Origin: Thraustochytrium aureum
Taxonomy: Eukaryota
Direction of reading: 5' to 3'
Assembly: GCA_012862495.1 (NCBI GenBank)
Contig: BLSG01000288.1
Location: 1-33,898 of the forward strand
Length of the DNA: 33,898 nt
Part shown: positions 32,561 through 33,898 of the stretch, piece after piece
How positions within the stretch are numbered: the stretch's first letter is position 1
Layout: every line of letters begins with the position of its first letter
Notes under the pieces: generated by a model
What the model was told of the DNA's origin: nothing
Seen by the model: the letters and a program-made list of their open reading frames with translations, nothing else
Databases searched by the model: none
Translations under genes and position numbers: made by a program

Positions 32561-33898
32561 CCGTGCCAAGCCCTGCGCGGCGTCCGCCAGCCACTGGCAA
32601 ATCGCGCATGCAAATCTATCTGGACGCGGCCGGGGTGTGTGCTCGCTGGCGCGTTCCTGCAATTAGCCGCAACTCCACCTCCGACGAGCAAAGGAATGAT
32701 GTTGCCCAGCCCAGTCGCCACGGCGTACAAAGAACAGTGCGCTTGGCTCGGGCCAAACAGGAGTCTCCTGGACTCCTCGTCGCGAGGGCCGCTTCGTCCC
32801 ACGCGCTGCCGTGTACTTTGCGTCACCTGGGGAGGGCTGTGTCGCGGCCGCGTGTGGCGGATTCAGGTGAGGGTGTGCGATGCGCTGGCCATCGTCCATT
32901 TCATTTTCTCCTTGCCACCAACACCGTCTGTTCTGTCAACTGCAAGCCCGAACCCGAACGAATCATCACGAGGTTTGACGCACGGCGCGAAACGGACGCG
33001 TGACAGTCGCAGCAGCGGACGACCGGTCGATCGAGCACCGTCCGGCCGTCCGGCCGGCCGGCTGGCCCGCCCGGTCATGACGGTTGGAGATTGATGGCCA
33101 CGCACGCACGTGTCCCAGCGAGCGAGCGCGGCTTTCGGCGCGTGGTGCCCTTGCAAGCCTGCATGCAACGAAGGAACGGGTGGGCGGCGGCGGCGGCTGG
33201 CGGCGTTCTGCAGGTTTGCTCTCCTCTCCTTGTTCTCTTGCGATCTCCGAGCAACACAGCCGTCAGGCAGGCGGGGAATCAGCCAGCCAAGCAGCATCGC
33301 TGTGAGAGGCCGTCGTCGCGCAGCGAAATCTCGGCGCCATGACACGCAGGGGCGCCAGGCGCGTCCCCACTCCAAACCGCCTCAACCCCAGCGCGCCACC
33401 CCGCTCGACCAGCGCCTACAAGCGGCGGAAGAGGACTTCAGAGTCGCGCGACGCCCCGCTGTGGCAGGGAGGGCGAGCGCCTCCCGGCCTCTCTGGCATC
33501 GACGGAGTGCCACGAAAGCCCGCACGCACCGAGCAAGCAAGAACTTGAAGCCTGAGAGCCGCTCGTGCTGCCCCTCCGCTGAAACAGGGAGGGAGTCCAC
33601 CGGCCGCCGCGCCACGGCCTGCCTCTCTCTCTCCCTGCCAGGCGGCATTGGTTCGTTGAACGCGGCCGCGTTTCGACAACGCTTGAGCAGCGCTTTGCCT
33701 CGTGGAGTGGTTTTCGAGCGTTTTTTGGGTACTTACTTCGTGGAGAGGGCGCGGGAGTGCGTGCCGGTGTGTGAGGAGGAGGAGGCAGGGCAGGGAGGGA
33801 GGGCGCCGAGCAGCAGCAGGAGCTCGAAAAGCGAGCGAGCGAGCGGCAGACCCGAAGCCGAGTTGACGAGGTGGCCGAGCACGAGGAAAGTGCGACGA

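Overview
Gene-dense, GC-rich, intron-poor eukaryotic nuclear scaffold with seven N-gaps; protist-like, possibly a stramenopile such as a thraustochytrid, but that is inference only. In order it carries: a partial unknown ORF; a SERINC/TMS1 membrane protein; a nucleolar ribosomal-L1-domain protein (RSL1D1/Cic1/Utp30 type); a second unknown fragment sharing a PFC-x-x-RQM-x-D motif with the first; a very large TRIP12/HECTD1/UPL3-type HECT E3 ligase with an unusual domain set; a GH89 alpha-N-acetylglucosaminidase (minus); a ~43-bp minisatellite; a large beta-adaptin-like protein whose C-terminal appendage most resembles TPLATE of the TSET endocytic coat; a ~2200-aa protein with about seven cyclic-nucleotide-binding domains; S-formylglutathione hydrolase (minus); and a two-exon GOT1 gene (minus) whose canonical GT-AG intron confirms a eukaryotic origin. 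The long genes are broken by about ten frameshifts, mostly repairable by +/-1 base in short homopolymers, which most likely reflects consensus error. The best leads are the TPLATE-like subunit, the seven-CNB protein and the HECT architecture. Family comparisons are from recalled motifs; no search was run.
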